This document shows positions 9,997 to 18,669 of a stretch of DNA of 18,669 nt, one piece after another (position 1 is the stretch's first letter; every line of letters starts with the position of its first letter). This DNA is from Azolla caroliniana. Taxonomy: Eukaryota > Plantae > Polypodiophyta. The position numbers were made by a program, and so were the translations under genes. The DNA lies in contig JBHGNT010000638.1 of assembly GCA_043228905.1 (NCBI GenBank), positions 1 to 18,669 of the forward strand. Direction: 5' to 3'. The notes under the pieces were generated by a model, which was not told the origin of the DNA, ran no database searches, and saw only the letters and a list, made by a program, of their open reading frames with translations.

Positions 9997-11229
9997 TCAG
10001 TTCTCTCTGAGAAGTTCTCTGATCTGCTCTACCATGACATTACGACTTTCTTTCATCTGTATCTCAATTCTGTCTGTAGCCTCCGTAATGGCATCGTTGA
10101 TGTGTGTTCGCATTCTCTCCAGTTCGTCTTCCTGAGCCTTGCGCTGTGCGCCAAGCTCCTCCCGTAATTTCTTGACCTCGTTTTCGAGCTCCAAGTTCTT
10201 CTGCTGGGCTTTTCGCATGTCATCTTGGAATTGATCCTTCTCCACAAACATTTCGTTCATCCAACTTTTCAAGTGGTCGAATTCTTCAGCTTGCTTTCGA
10301 AGCTTTCGTTGCCGAATCTCCGCGATAAGTTCTGGGTCGAGATTGCTGCTGTTGCTCTCCTGTGTGAGACTTGGAACGATGCGCCTGATCTCTGATGTAG
10401 TTCGAGCGGCAGCGGCGTTTTCAGAATCGTCTTCTGACAGCACCAGAGGGTCTTGCACGCTACCGCAGGCAGACGCGCCTGCAACAACATCAACTCGAAC
10501 CCTCTTTACCCTGCCCTGGTATTCTTGGTCATCGTCTTCTGATGACTCAATTGAGTCGTCGTCTTCAATTGAACGATGGATATTCCAGGCGCGCTTCGCA
10601 CGTCTTTGCGGCTGCTGGCGTTCGGGCACGGAGAGACGACTATCTTGATTGTTGCCGGCGAGGTCTTCGTCCGCATTTCCATCTCCGATGTCGCTGCTCA
10701 AAGATGCCAGTCCTTTGCCAAGTAATTTACGAACTTCTTGTTCCGGCACTCTTCTACCCGATTCGTACAGTAGGTCTCGAACTTCCTTAAGCTGCTTGGG
10801 AAACCAAGCCGGCTTCCTGTACACAGACTGAAAGTCCTTGTGCCAATGTGTGCTTTCCAACTTTTCAGAACTGTATATGAATGCTAAAAAGCAGACGTGA
10901 CCAAATATGGGATTGAACAATCTCAGGCTGCGGTCCCGCATCGTAGGATGGTGGCTGACGTTGTTTGGCAGCCTCATCGTCGAACGCTTGGTCAAACTGG
11001 AGATGGCTTTGGCGAACGCGGCCGCATCTTCGACTGAGAGATCCCATTTATGAAGCTCATACCACTTGCGGATTGCTGCCACCATAGCTTGTCTCCCGCC
11101 GCAGGGATTCTTCGTGTCTTCTCTCAAGACTTCGGTCAACTCGGGCTCAATGTCGGGGCGGGGCGCTGTGTCCTTTGGCGCAGGTATGATCAAGTACTCG
11201 TAGTAAGTAGGCTCGACCCTCAGAGCCAT
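9997..11229 (-). CDS. Uncharacterised family member 3, 410 aa, intact single-exon ORF with C-terminal coiled coil
   Basis: YEYLIIPAPKDTAPRPDIEP..WYELHKWDL..HHP..FGHVCFLAFIYS..WHKDFQSVYRKPAWFPKQL, an acidic/basic linker, and the tail QQKNLELENEVKKLREELGAQRKAQEDELERM. Confidence 0.88.
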   Translation of the reverse strand: MALRVEPTYYEYLIIPAPKDTAPRPDIEPELTEVLREDTKNPCGGRQAMVAAIRKWYELHKWDLSVEDAAAFAKAISSLTKRSTMRLPNNVSHHPTMRDRSLRLFNPIFGHVCFLAFIYSSEKLESTHWHKDFQSVYRKPAWFPKQLKEVRDLLYESGRRVPEQEVRKLLGKGLASLSSDIGDGNADEDLAGNNQDSRLSVPERQQPQRRAKRAWNIHRSIEDDDSIESSEDDDQEYQGRVKRVRVDVVAGASACGSVQDPLVLSEDDSENAAAARTTSEIRRIVPSLTQESNSSNLDPELIAEIRQRKLRKQAEEFDHLKSWMNEMFVEKDQFQDDMRKAQQKNLELENEVKKLREELGAQRKAQEDELERMRTHINDAITEATDRIEIQMKESRNVMVEQIRELLREN

Positions 11230-11611
11230 GCTGAAGCCATGAAAAATGCACTTCTGTCGCTTCGCGTTGGCAGTTGACGGATATGCCTTGCCAAATTACT
11301 GTGTGGCTCAGCACCTTGATCGGGATTCAGTCAGAGCACTTTCATGCCAGCGAAAACATTCTGAAAGTCAGCCCAGGGTCCTCTAAAGGTTCATCGTTAT
11401 CTTACTCAAATGTTGGAAAATTTACGAAGAAAATGTCGGGTATGGAAATCTTCGAGTTGATACTTGGAAGGTAATGAATCAAGAACTCACTCGGAGCGGG
11501 CAACAGGTTGCGCACAGAAATGGGTACTTCCGTGCTGGCCTTGGGTTTCACCATCAGGGAAGACATGGGTGGCAAGTGTCGGAGACAGAAGACCGCCTTT
11601 TCAAGTGTGGA

Positions 11612-11631
11612 ACGCGCAAATTAGACGCGTC
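11612..11631. promoter_or_regulatory. Paired MCB-like elements (ACGCG and GACGCGTC) upstream of member 3
   Basis: ACGCG at 11612-11616 and ACGCGT at 11625-11630, ~390 bp upstream of ATG 11229. Function is inferred. Confidence 0.35.
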
Positions 11632-12029
11632 TTTGGAAAAAAGCAATTCTGAATCAGACCGTGTCATCCAGGTCATATGGACTTCGATCAGATTGTGCCT
11701 CGGGTTCTGTTCGGGATGGATGCATTACGCATCATCTGCACTGGAAAGATACTGATTATGTGAAGAACAAATCAACACCTTATATACTAGCAATCATCGT
11801 TATTTTGACTTATCTTTCTCGACTTTGGTTAGATCAAGAAATTTGTTCCTTATTTCTTTATCCCCTTCTACGGAAGGTGTGGTATGTGAAGAAGAGAATA
11901 TTCTCAAACGAAGACATATCCCTATTATCATTTCTCCACCACCTCAGATTTGCAGGAAATATGTGCGCAGACCAAGTGATCTCTCGTAAGACGTCTTTTA
12001 CATATCGTCGTTATCTCAGTCAACAATGT

Positions 12030-13078
12030 CTACTGCGACCCCTGCTCCATCACCGTCGCCAAAGCAGACAACCATCCCCTCAGCTTGACATTATCCTTTT
12101 CCAATTTCTCGAGCCTCTCTAAACATTGTTTCATGTGCTTGACCAAGTTTTCGGCGCCAGGGGTGAGGTCCCTCTGCCGCTGAGACCTTTCTTTGCCTGA
12201 AGCCGTTGGATCTGATGCTCCAAACCATCATTGTTGGGGTTCATCTTTGAGGGCGAGGTCTCGCCAGCAATCTTGCGTTCGTTCATCTCCGGGGTTTTGG
12301 AATTCTCAGTGAAAACAGCATGCAGATGAGCGGTCTCGTGAGAGTTGGCAAGTTGAGACAGCGGCTTACCGTCCATGTCGACAGGGAAAAATTGACTCGA
12401 GGACTCAGGAGCACACTCACGTGGCTGCACAGTCCTTCCTCCCTCGGGTCCAGCGTATGGAGGGCGTTCAGGAAGTTGATCATCAGGCACGGGCTGATTG
12501 ACAGGAGTTTGAGTTTCAATTAAACTCTGGGCCTCTGTTACCTGCCGCGGAAACCAGGCCGGGAGGATGTTCGTCTGATCAAACTTGCGCCGCCACCTGG
12601 CCTTCTGGATGCTATGCCAGCCAAGAATGAAGCCCAGAAGAACCACCGCGCCGAAAGATGGGGGATGAGACTCCGAATGCCCATGGTTTAGAGGGTGTAA
12701 AAACCACTGGGGTTTGATGGTACCCGTGTTGCTCAACGCGAGCTTCGGCACGGCGAGGACTAGCTCCTCGGCCTCGCGGACAGGCATATCGAATATATGC
12801 TTGACGCACCATTCGGCCACAGCTCTGACGAGTACACGAAAATTGGAGTTTTTGGTCTTCATGAGCTCTTTTGCAGCAGGAGCAATATCCGGACGAGGGT
12901 GGTTGTCTTTCTTCAAAGGAGCACGGAGGATCTCGTAGTTGAAGCAGCTCACAGCGCTGGCTTTCTTGACTGGTATGAACTTGGACTCCGAGTCAGAGGC
13001 ATCGATCTTTGCGTCTTGACTGGAAATACTTGGCGATCGCCGGCGTTTCTTGCTGGGTTTCCCAGACCGTGAGGGCAT
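12030..13078 (-). CDS. Uncharacterised family member 4, ~349 aa with a probable missing base near 12186-12190
   Basis: ATG at 13078 (MPSRSGKPSKKRRR). Domain reads YEILRAP..PRPDIAP..WCVKHIFDMPVREA..HPL..FGAVVLLGFILG..WRRKF....LPAWFPRQ. After LQAKK the shifted frame reads SQRQRDLTPGAENLVKHMKQCLERLEKLEKDNVKLRGWLSALATVMEQGSQ* (TAG 12032-12030). As written, the frame stops at 12131. Confidence 0.8.
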
Positions 13079-13084
13079 GATGGC

Positions 13085-13170
13085 CTGCAGGGCCTGAAGG
13101 TCAGAAATCAATGCGATGGTCTTTTTGAAGGCGTTGAGATGATTATTGAATCTGTGACAAAAATACTCAC
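13085..13170 (-). other. Possible 5'-UTR intron of member 4 (acceptor uncertain: 13121, 13094 or 13085)
   Basis: Consensus donor GTGAGT at 13170-13165 on the minus strand, CTGAC at 13104-13100, and CAG acceptors just upstream of ATG 13078. Confidence 0.4.
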
Positions 13171-13446
13171 CTCTCCGAGAGATATCAACAATGAAGGAGT
13201 CGCCGCTGATGGTCGCGAGTGTTGCGATTGCAGAAATAACAGGTAGTGACGCGGCGATGGGGCGAGTGCAACAGCTTATCTGTGCAGGCCGTGAAATGCC
13301 AAAAAGAGATATCCCTGACCAAATTTGTCACAGAAGGGAGAGTTGAATAGAGTAGCAACTTTCATAAGAGGAAAGGGAAATAGATGCAGGCTCCGCAGGA
13401 AGGTGAACAGCGGCGTGCAAGCTGAACGCGGAGAAGACACGAGGAG

Positions 13447-13452
13447 ACGCGT
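13447..13452. promoter_or_regulatory. MCB-like element ACGCGT upstream of member 4
   Basis: Exact hexamer ~370 bp upstream of ATG 13078, with further ACGCGG copies near 13249 and 13426. Function is inferred. Confidence 0.33.
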
Positions 13453-14147
13453 TCAATTCGGTCTGATAGTTAAGGTCCGCGAATTCGCCGCCTGTGGGAC
13501 TGTGACATCAAACCAGACATTTGGCGAGATGAGCGACACCTGATGGAAGCCTACTTTAGTTTCAGCATCACTACGCTGGGGCTGTAACATTCTATACCAC
13601 ACGTTGGAGCCGGGGCCTTCACTACACACCGCATAAGTCCTGAGGCCCTAGGAGTTGCTATTGCGTGAACCGTGGGAAACAGCAACTGAACTGCGAAATG
13701 CTGGCAGCTTTGGCGCAAATATGATTTCCAGCGTGGACTTCGTGCAACGCATCGAGCGTATGTCGCGGGAATGGTTACTTGATTACCTGCTACCAAAGAA
13801 AGTTGATTTGTGAATAAACGTTCTCGGCTTTCCAACTTGGTCAGCTTGCATTTATGAACCGAATTTGCCAGACGTAGCATTGCTAAAGCGTTATGATGAG
13901 ACCTGGTTGAGTGAATCTGGTTCGCCATTCACTGAATTGGAGAAGCAAGCAACCCAGTTTCGTAATTCTGTCCATGCGCCAGCATCGCCCTTGATGAAAG
14001 GCTCAAAGAAAATCAAACGTATCTTTCGCGGTAGAACCAGCGAAAATTTCTTTCCAATTTTTTCAGAGACTGTGCCTTCTCGTGGATCCAGTACTGCATT
14101 CCCAAGGCCACGTACTTTGCGCATTGTGTGCCAACAAACTCCCCCAG

Positions 14148-15762
14148 TTATGGCTGCTCTTCGTTGTCTACAACCCAGTTCATCACCATTACCATGGCTT
14201 TCTCAAGTCTTCTGAACCTTCTTCCCATGTCTGGTTGCTCCCGAAGGCCTTCGATGAAACCCTTCATGTCGTGCACATCTGTTTTGATTTTTTGCACATC
14301 AATCCCCAGGCCTCCCAAAAGCCTGCTTGTTGCTGCGGACCTCCTGCTGCAATTCGGCCTTTAGACTTTCTATTGTGTTCATGGAATACTTCTCGCGTTC
14401 CTCCAGAAGCGTCGTGATCAACGTTTGATGCTGGCTGATCATCTGCTGCTGGGCCGCCGCGGCCGCGCTCGCCTCCTTTGCTTTCTTCTCCATGTCACGG
14501 ATTCTATCCTGTTGCTTCGTGATTGTCTCCTGAAGAGAGGCGAATTTCTCCTCCCAATTCTTCTCTCGCTCGAGATAGCCCTCGATTCTGCGCCGCTTTG
14601 CATTTTCGCTTTGCGCACAGTTCTCGCCGAATCGCTTCAGTCTCGTTGCAAAGTCAGACCGGTCGTCGTCCCCATCTGCGGCTTCTGGGGTGGGTTGTCG
14701 GGCACGAGATTCGATCGGTGCACCTGGGCTTTGAAATGGAAAGGGAGTCAAAGAGATTCTTGCCGGAGGTTCCATCCTTGGAGGAGATTGACTCGCCATG
14801 AAGAAAAAGACCGGACTCTCCGCCCGAGGGTCGTCATCAGCGAAGAGAGACGTATTTTCGGTTATTTTCGCCTCGGTGATTGCGTCGGCAGCTTCAGTGG
14901 GGGTTTGAGCCATAAGCTTCTGCTCATGAGTGTGACTCGTGTTTGTGATGGGCTGTGAGGACGCGGAGTCATGTTTGATTGTACTCATCTTGCCGTCGCT
15001 TTCACCAACTTGAAGGGGTCCTGTAGTTGAGGTACCTGGCTCGCTCGAAGTTCGGCGTGGGGTTTCTGTGCCTTGACCTGGGAGAGGAATGGCATGAGAA
15101 TTGGTCCCAGAAGAGCCTTGAGAAGACGCGTTTGTGAGATTAAAATCACTGGTCGGGACAGGGGAACTGCTCCGCCCGTCATTGTCCGCCCGAGTTAATT
15201 CCTCTTCGTTAGGCCTGGTTTTAACCGTCGCACCTGACTCCGTCTGGCGACCAGAATCCACACTTCTTTTGTTTAGCCATAAACCAAACTCTGGAAGTTG
15301 GTCAGGAAACCACGAGGGAATGCGATACTTGCGTTCAACAAATAACCGCCACATGTCCTTGTTGCTCTTCAGCCTCTGCAGCCCATAGATTGCACTCAAG
15401 ATGGCAAGCCCTCCGAACGTGAAGTTCTCTGGGCGCTGCCATAGGAGGTGGTCGCGCAGAAGAGCGGCTCCCATTGACGTGAAACCATTTGGGATATGGA
15501 GGTATGGAGCAAGGTTCACAAAGGACTCGGCCTCCCACTTTGGCATATCGTACTTGTGCTCTTCGTACCACGTGGCGAAGTAAGTCGCCAGACTTCTTGT
15601 TTGGGGACAGGTTGACTCTTTCAACTCGCTGAGGTCTATCTTAGGTCGCGGCGTGCTGTCTTGAGGATAGCGGGTGACCATGACATCGTAGTACCTCGCT
15701 CTCTCGGATCCGGTGTTCACAGATGACGGCTCTGCCGAGACGCCCACTCCATGGGCCGACAT
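14148..15762 (-). CDS. Uncharacterised family member 5, ~537 aa with a probable extra-base frameshift near 14317-14320
   Basis: YYDVMVT..PRPKID..WYEEHKYDMPKWEA..FGGLAILSAIYG..WRLFVERKYRIPSWFPDQL, then a long S/T/P linker, AKRRR and a coiled coil. Removing one T gives QALGGLGIDVQKIKTDVHDMKGFIEGLREQPDMGRRFRRLEKAMVMVMNWVVDNEEQP* (TAA 14150-14148). As written, the frame stops at 14299. Confidence 0.82.
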
Positions 15763-15990
15763 CTTGCATATGGCACACAGCTGATCTCCAGAAGCTCAAG
15801 GAAAGCGGCTCTTGAAACATGCATTGATTACCAACCTGTCGGTGAAGTGTGGAGTAGACAGTAGCTTTTGATGCACGAAATTGCCAGCAATACGGCTTGT
15901 CCCTGTGACGGGTTGAAAAGTAAAAGCACCGAGGATTAAACCCGAAGAAGTGTTCGAATTAGAGCCGAAAGAAGTATACGATGCGTCGTT

Positions 15991-16073
15991 GTGCTACTTC
16001 GATGCTACTTTTGAGCATATGTGGTACGCAAATGCTACCTCTGAGCATACATCGTCATTCTACGCCTGAGCAT
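15991..16073. repeat. Imperfect direct repeats of a palindromic unit ATGCT-N7-AGCAT in the divergent intergenic region between members 5 and 6
   Basis: ATGCTacttttgAGCAT 16002-16018, ATGCTacctctgAGCAT 16032-16048, ATTCTacgcctgAGCAT 16057-16073, and a partial GTGCTACTT at 15991. Confidence 0.7.
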
Positions 16074-16502
16074 GCTTTGCTATATTTGAGAATACGGCCT
16101 CCATGACGCGGCATAATGTCTCTCGAGAATCTTGAAGATAATAAGACGGGTTTCATACCTCGTAAGAGAGTTTTCAAATTAGAAAGCGCTTTGGAAACTT
16201 ACGAACGCCGGCAATGCGCAGCCTTCAGACTCTCTTCATCTGACACTCAAGTGCCAGCAGCTGCTTCACGGACTTCTCGCTGCCTCTTCTCTGCCCACAG
16301 TTCAGACTAGCCATCTCATGTCAACAAAGAACACTTCGCCAAAATTTACTGATTTTCGATTCCTGGTCCGCTTCCTGGGGCCTCGCTGTTCACTCTTGGC
16401 TGCATGTATCCGTCACACACCCGAACACTCAGCTTCACTCTTCTTTACCTCTGCGGCTCTCTTTCTATCTTGCGTCCTTCTTATCACTTCCAATGAGAGA
16501 CC

Positions 16503-17752
16503 ATGCAGAACCCCACGACGAGCTCTACCAAAAGGCCGACTCCCGACGAAAACAAATTCTCGTCACAGCGATGGCCAAACCACGAGGCAACAGGATCTCA
16601 CCCACCCGAGCGCAAACGAGTCTTTTGTCAGGAGGGACACACCTAATGGGGAGCCTCTCTACGCTCTCATGCAAGGCTTTTGGACGTTGGACACGATGCC
16701 TCACCCCAGGATCGAATTCTGGTTGCGAGATGTCACGGTTGCCGACGACAACGAAGCCCACCACGCCCTCAGGACCTTCACCATCTCCTTCTACAACGAG
16801 CACAAAAGCAAAATGCCCTTCAACGAAGCTTAAGTGTTCATGTTAACCACCACAAATACACTGCTCAAGATTTTCGGCCCAAAAGGTTCCAAGGAGTACA
16901 TTTTGGCACAATTTCCGCTGTGGAGAGATAATACCCTCACCCATCTCGGCATCCTGTGCGCGATCTTTGGAAAGGAGACCACTCTCAACAAGTTAAAAAC
17001 GTATGAAGGAATGGAGGGGGCTGCTGCAAAGAATGTATAACTTTCCCGATTGGCTCCCTTCTCAACTGCCCAGCTTTCGAGAACTTTTCGTACTGGGCCC
17101 GAGGCACTCGGTGGACGCGATGGAATCGAGCGCGGTCCCTGCACCTCGTCATTCAAGTACGAGATCCGTGAGGAAAGAAACGCCCTTCAGGTCAATTCGG
17201 CCAAAGGCGAGCATCAGCAGCATCGCCAGCAGCGAGGTGCAACCCCAAATCGAACAAAGTGAGAATCGCGAAACTCACCGGACGATGCCTGCGCAGAACG
17301 GCGCCCAAGACATGGCAGCTCTGCCGGAAGTGTGTTCCCCTCAAGACGCCCAAGGTCTACCTGAGAACAGCATCAGCAACGAACTCTCCATGATGTTCGC
17401 CGAGCTCGAGCAGTTGGACGAGAACGGTAGTAGCAGCGCTCAGTACAGTTTTGAGGGGACTGGTAGGGAGACGCCAGCCATGATGGAGTTCGAGAAAAAC
17501 CTAAACAACGTCCCAGGCCAGACTCGACCTGATGGCTCCTTGCTCATCCAGGCCTTAGCGAGGACAAGAGCTCTCGAAACAAAACTCGAAAGCATTCAGG
17601 ATATTGTTGAGGAGTTGGAGGATGACCAGGAAGCTGCGAGGTTCGCAGTCAAGGCGAAACTTGTCGCTGTGGAACAACGCATGACTCAGAGTGATGAGAG
17701 ACTGAAGTCGATGGAGGAGGCGATGACTCGATTACTGCTGCTTCGGCAATGA
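16503..17752 (+). pseudogene. Uncharacterised family member 6, the most disrupted copy: in-frame TAA at 16831-16833, frameshift at the A5 run 16995-16999, and a probable frameshift at T4 16623-16626. Start is uncertain (16503 with a frameshift, or 16318).
   Basis: LYALMQG..DTMPHPRIE..FYNEHKSKMPFNEA*VFML..LTHLGILCAIFG..KLK[fs]RMKEWRGLLQRMYNFPDWLPSQLP, followed by a coiled-coil tail (LETKLESIQDIVEELEDD...ERLKSMEEAMTRLLLLRQ*). Confidence 0.72.
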
Positions 17753-18669
17753 AGATTAAGCCTGATGTTCATCAAACGTGTTTTCGAATGGTGCTGTCGT
17801 GCGAGACCTCAACTCGGCACACGGTTGGGATTTCAAATTCATGACGCAGCACAGTGAACCCTGATCTGAAAGCGTGCAAACGGGCGAGTACATCCACAAC
17901 AGTTAATCATGATGAAGAAGAGAAACCACACGGACTTTTCCATAACGTCAAGTCATTAACGAGTAAGGACGAAAAAGATGCTGTCCCAGGTTAGGGAGAT
18001 GAAAGCCACGTGATCTAGAGTCAAGTCCCGCGTCTTGGGTGCCTGTGTTGTTCAAAGCCTTCAGCAGCTCGACCTGGCCTGCGAAAGGAACGCGAGATCA
18101 CTCCATTCCACAGTGGAGCATCACTGTAAATGAAGGACGCAAACGTTGCGCAATTGGGGTGAGCCATCAGCCTGAACCGCAACGAGCTCCGGACCCACGC
18201 CGTCTGGATCGGCGCCGTGATCGTCGGCTACGAGGAGTCATGCGCCGCGTCTCCAACGGTAATTGTGCAGACGTATCGCGAAAGTTGATACTTGAAATGA
18301 AAGAATCTGTGGCATTCAGGAATTCAATCGCAAATTATCTGGTCATTATGTTCTACTTTCATTAGGAGTGGCAGCCCGGCGTTGTCATACCTTAGGCAGG
18401 ATCTGTGGATGCTCCGTCTGTCTTCCGTAGCTAGAAGCAGGTAACCGCCCTATGGCCAACTTCAGGATTTGATGAAGAGAAATATTCACAGAGTATGTTC
18501 AAATCAATGCAAGACTTTTTGGTGAAGGATTCACGAATGCATGCATAGTGAATTGTGATCACCTCGCGTTGCTCGTTCTTTACGATCCTGTCTGCCTCAC
18601 TCATGCTGGCACCATCTCTGAATCCCTAGGCGCTGTAATGGCCAAAATCTCCAGAATCCTGACCATGCA

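Noticed and set aside
11661-12122. 153-aa plus-strand ORF with a hydrophobic stretch
   Set aside because: It has a non-ATG start, lies in the AT-rich 3' region of member 4, overlaps that gene's repaired C-terminus in antisense, and has no recognisable motif.
14082-15583. Several plus-strand ORFs, including one of 177 aa
   Set aside because: They are antisense to member 5.
15991-16073. CRISPR-like reading of the repeats
   Set aside because: Units are only 17 bp with 8-13 bp gaps, there are no cas genes, and the context is eukaryotic.
6217-17752. Assignment of the family to Spok, HET, NLR, transposon gag/transposase or secreted effector classes
   Set aside because: I see no kinase, nuclease, P-loop, HET, zinc-knuckle or DDE motifs, no signal peptides, and no LTRs or TIRs.
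17753-18669. A seventh family member or the 108-aa ORF at 18039-18365
   Set aside because: No family motifs were found and the ORF starts at GTG. The region is probably intergenic.

Overview
This is eukaryotic DNA, most likely from a filamentous ascomycete, judging by short GT-AG introns with CTRAC-type branch points. One recognisable gene is present: a type I D-3-phosphoglycerate dehydrogenase (3086-4862, +) with two introns and two single-base frameshifts. From about 6.2 to 17.8 kb lie six consecutive genes (orientation + - - - - +) that the ORF track shows only as unrelated fragments. Manual alignment indicates they are highly diverged paralogues of one family I do not recognise. Each has a ~140-aa N-terminal domain (Y..PRPDI ... 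WY..HK.DMP..EA ... FG.VC.L..I.G ... W...F...Y..P.WFP.Q), a disordered linker with basic/SP-rich motifs and a C-terminal predicted coiled coil. Five of the six carry 1-bp frameshifts (mostly at homopolymers) and/or in-frame stops, which could be sequencing error, decay or recoding. Four have an ACGCGT (MCB-like) site 220-400 bp upstream. The divergent promoter between members 5 and 6 contains repeated ATGCT-N7-AGCAT palindromes. The first ~3 kb has no convincing intact gene.
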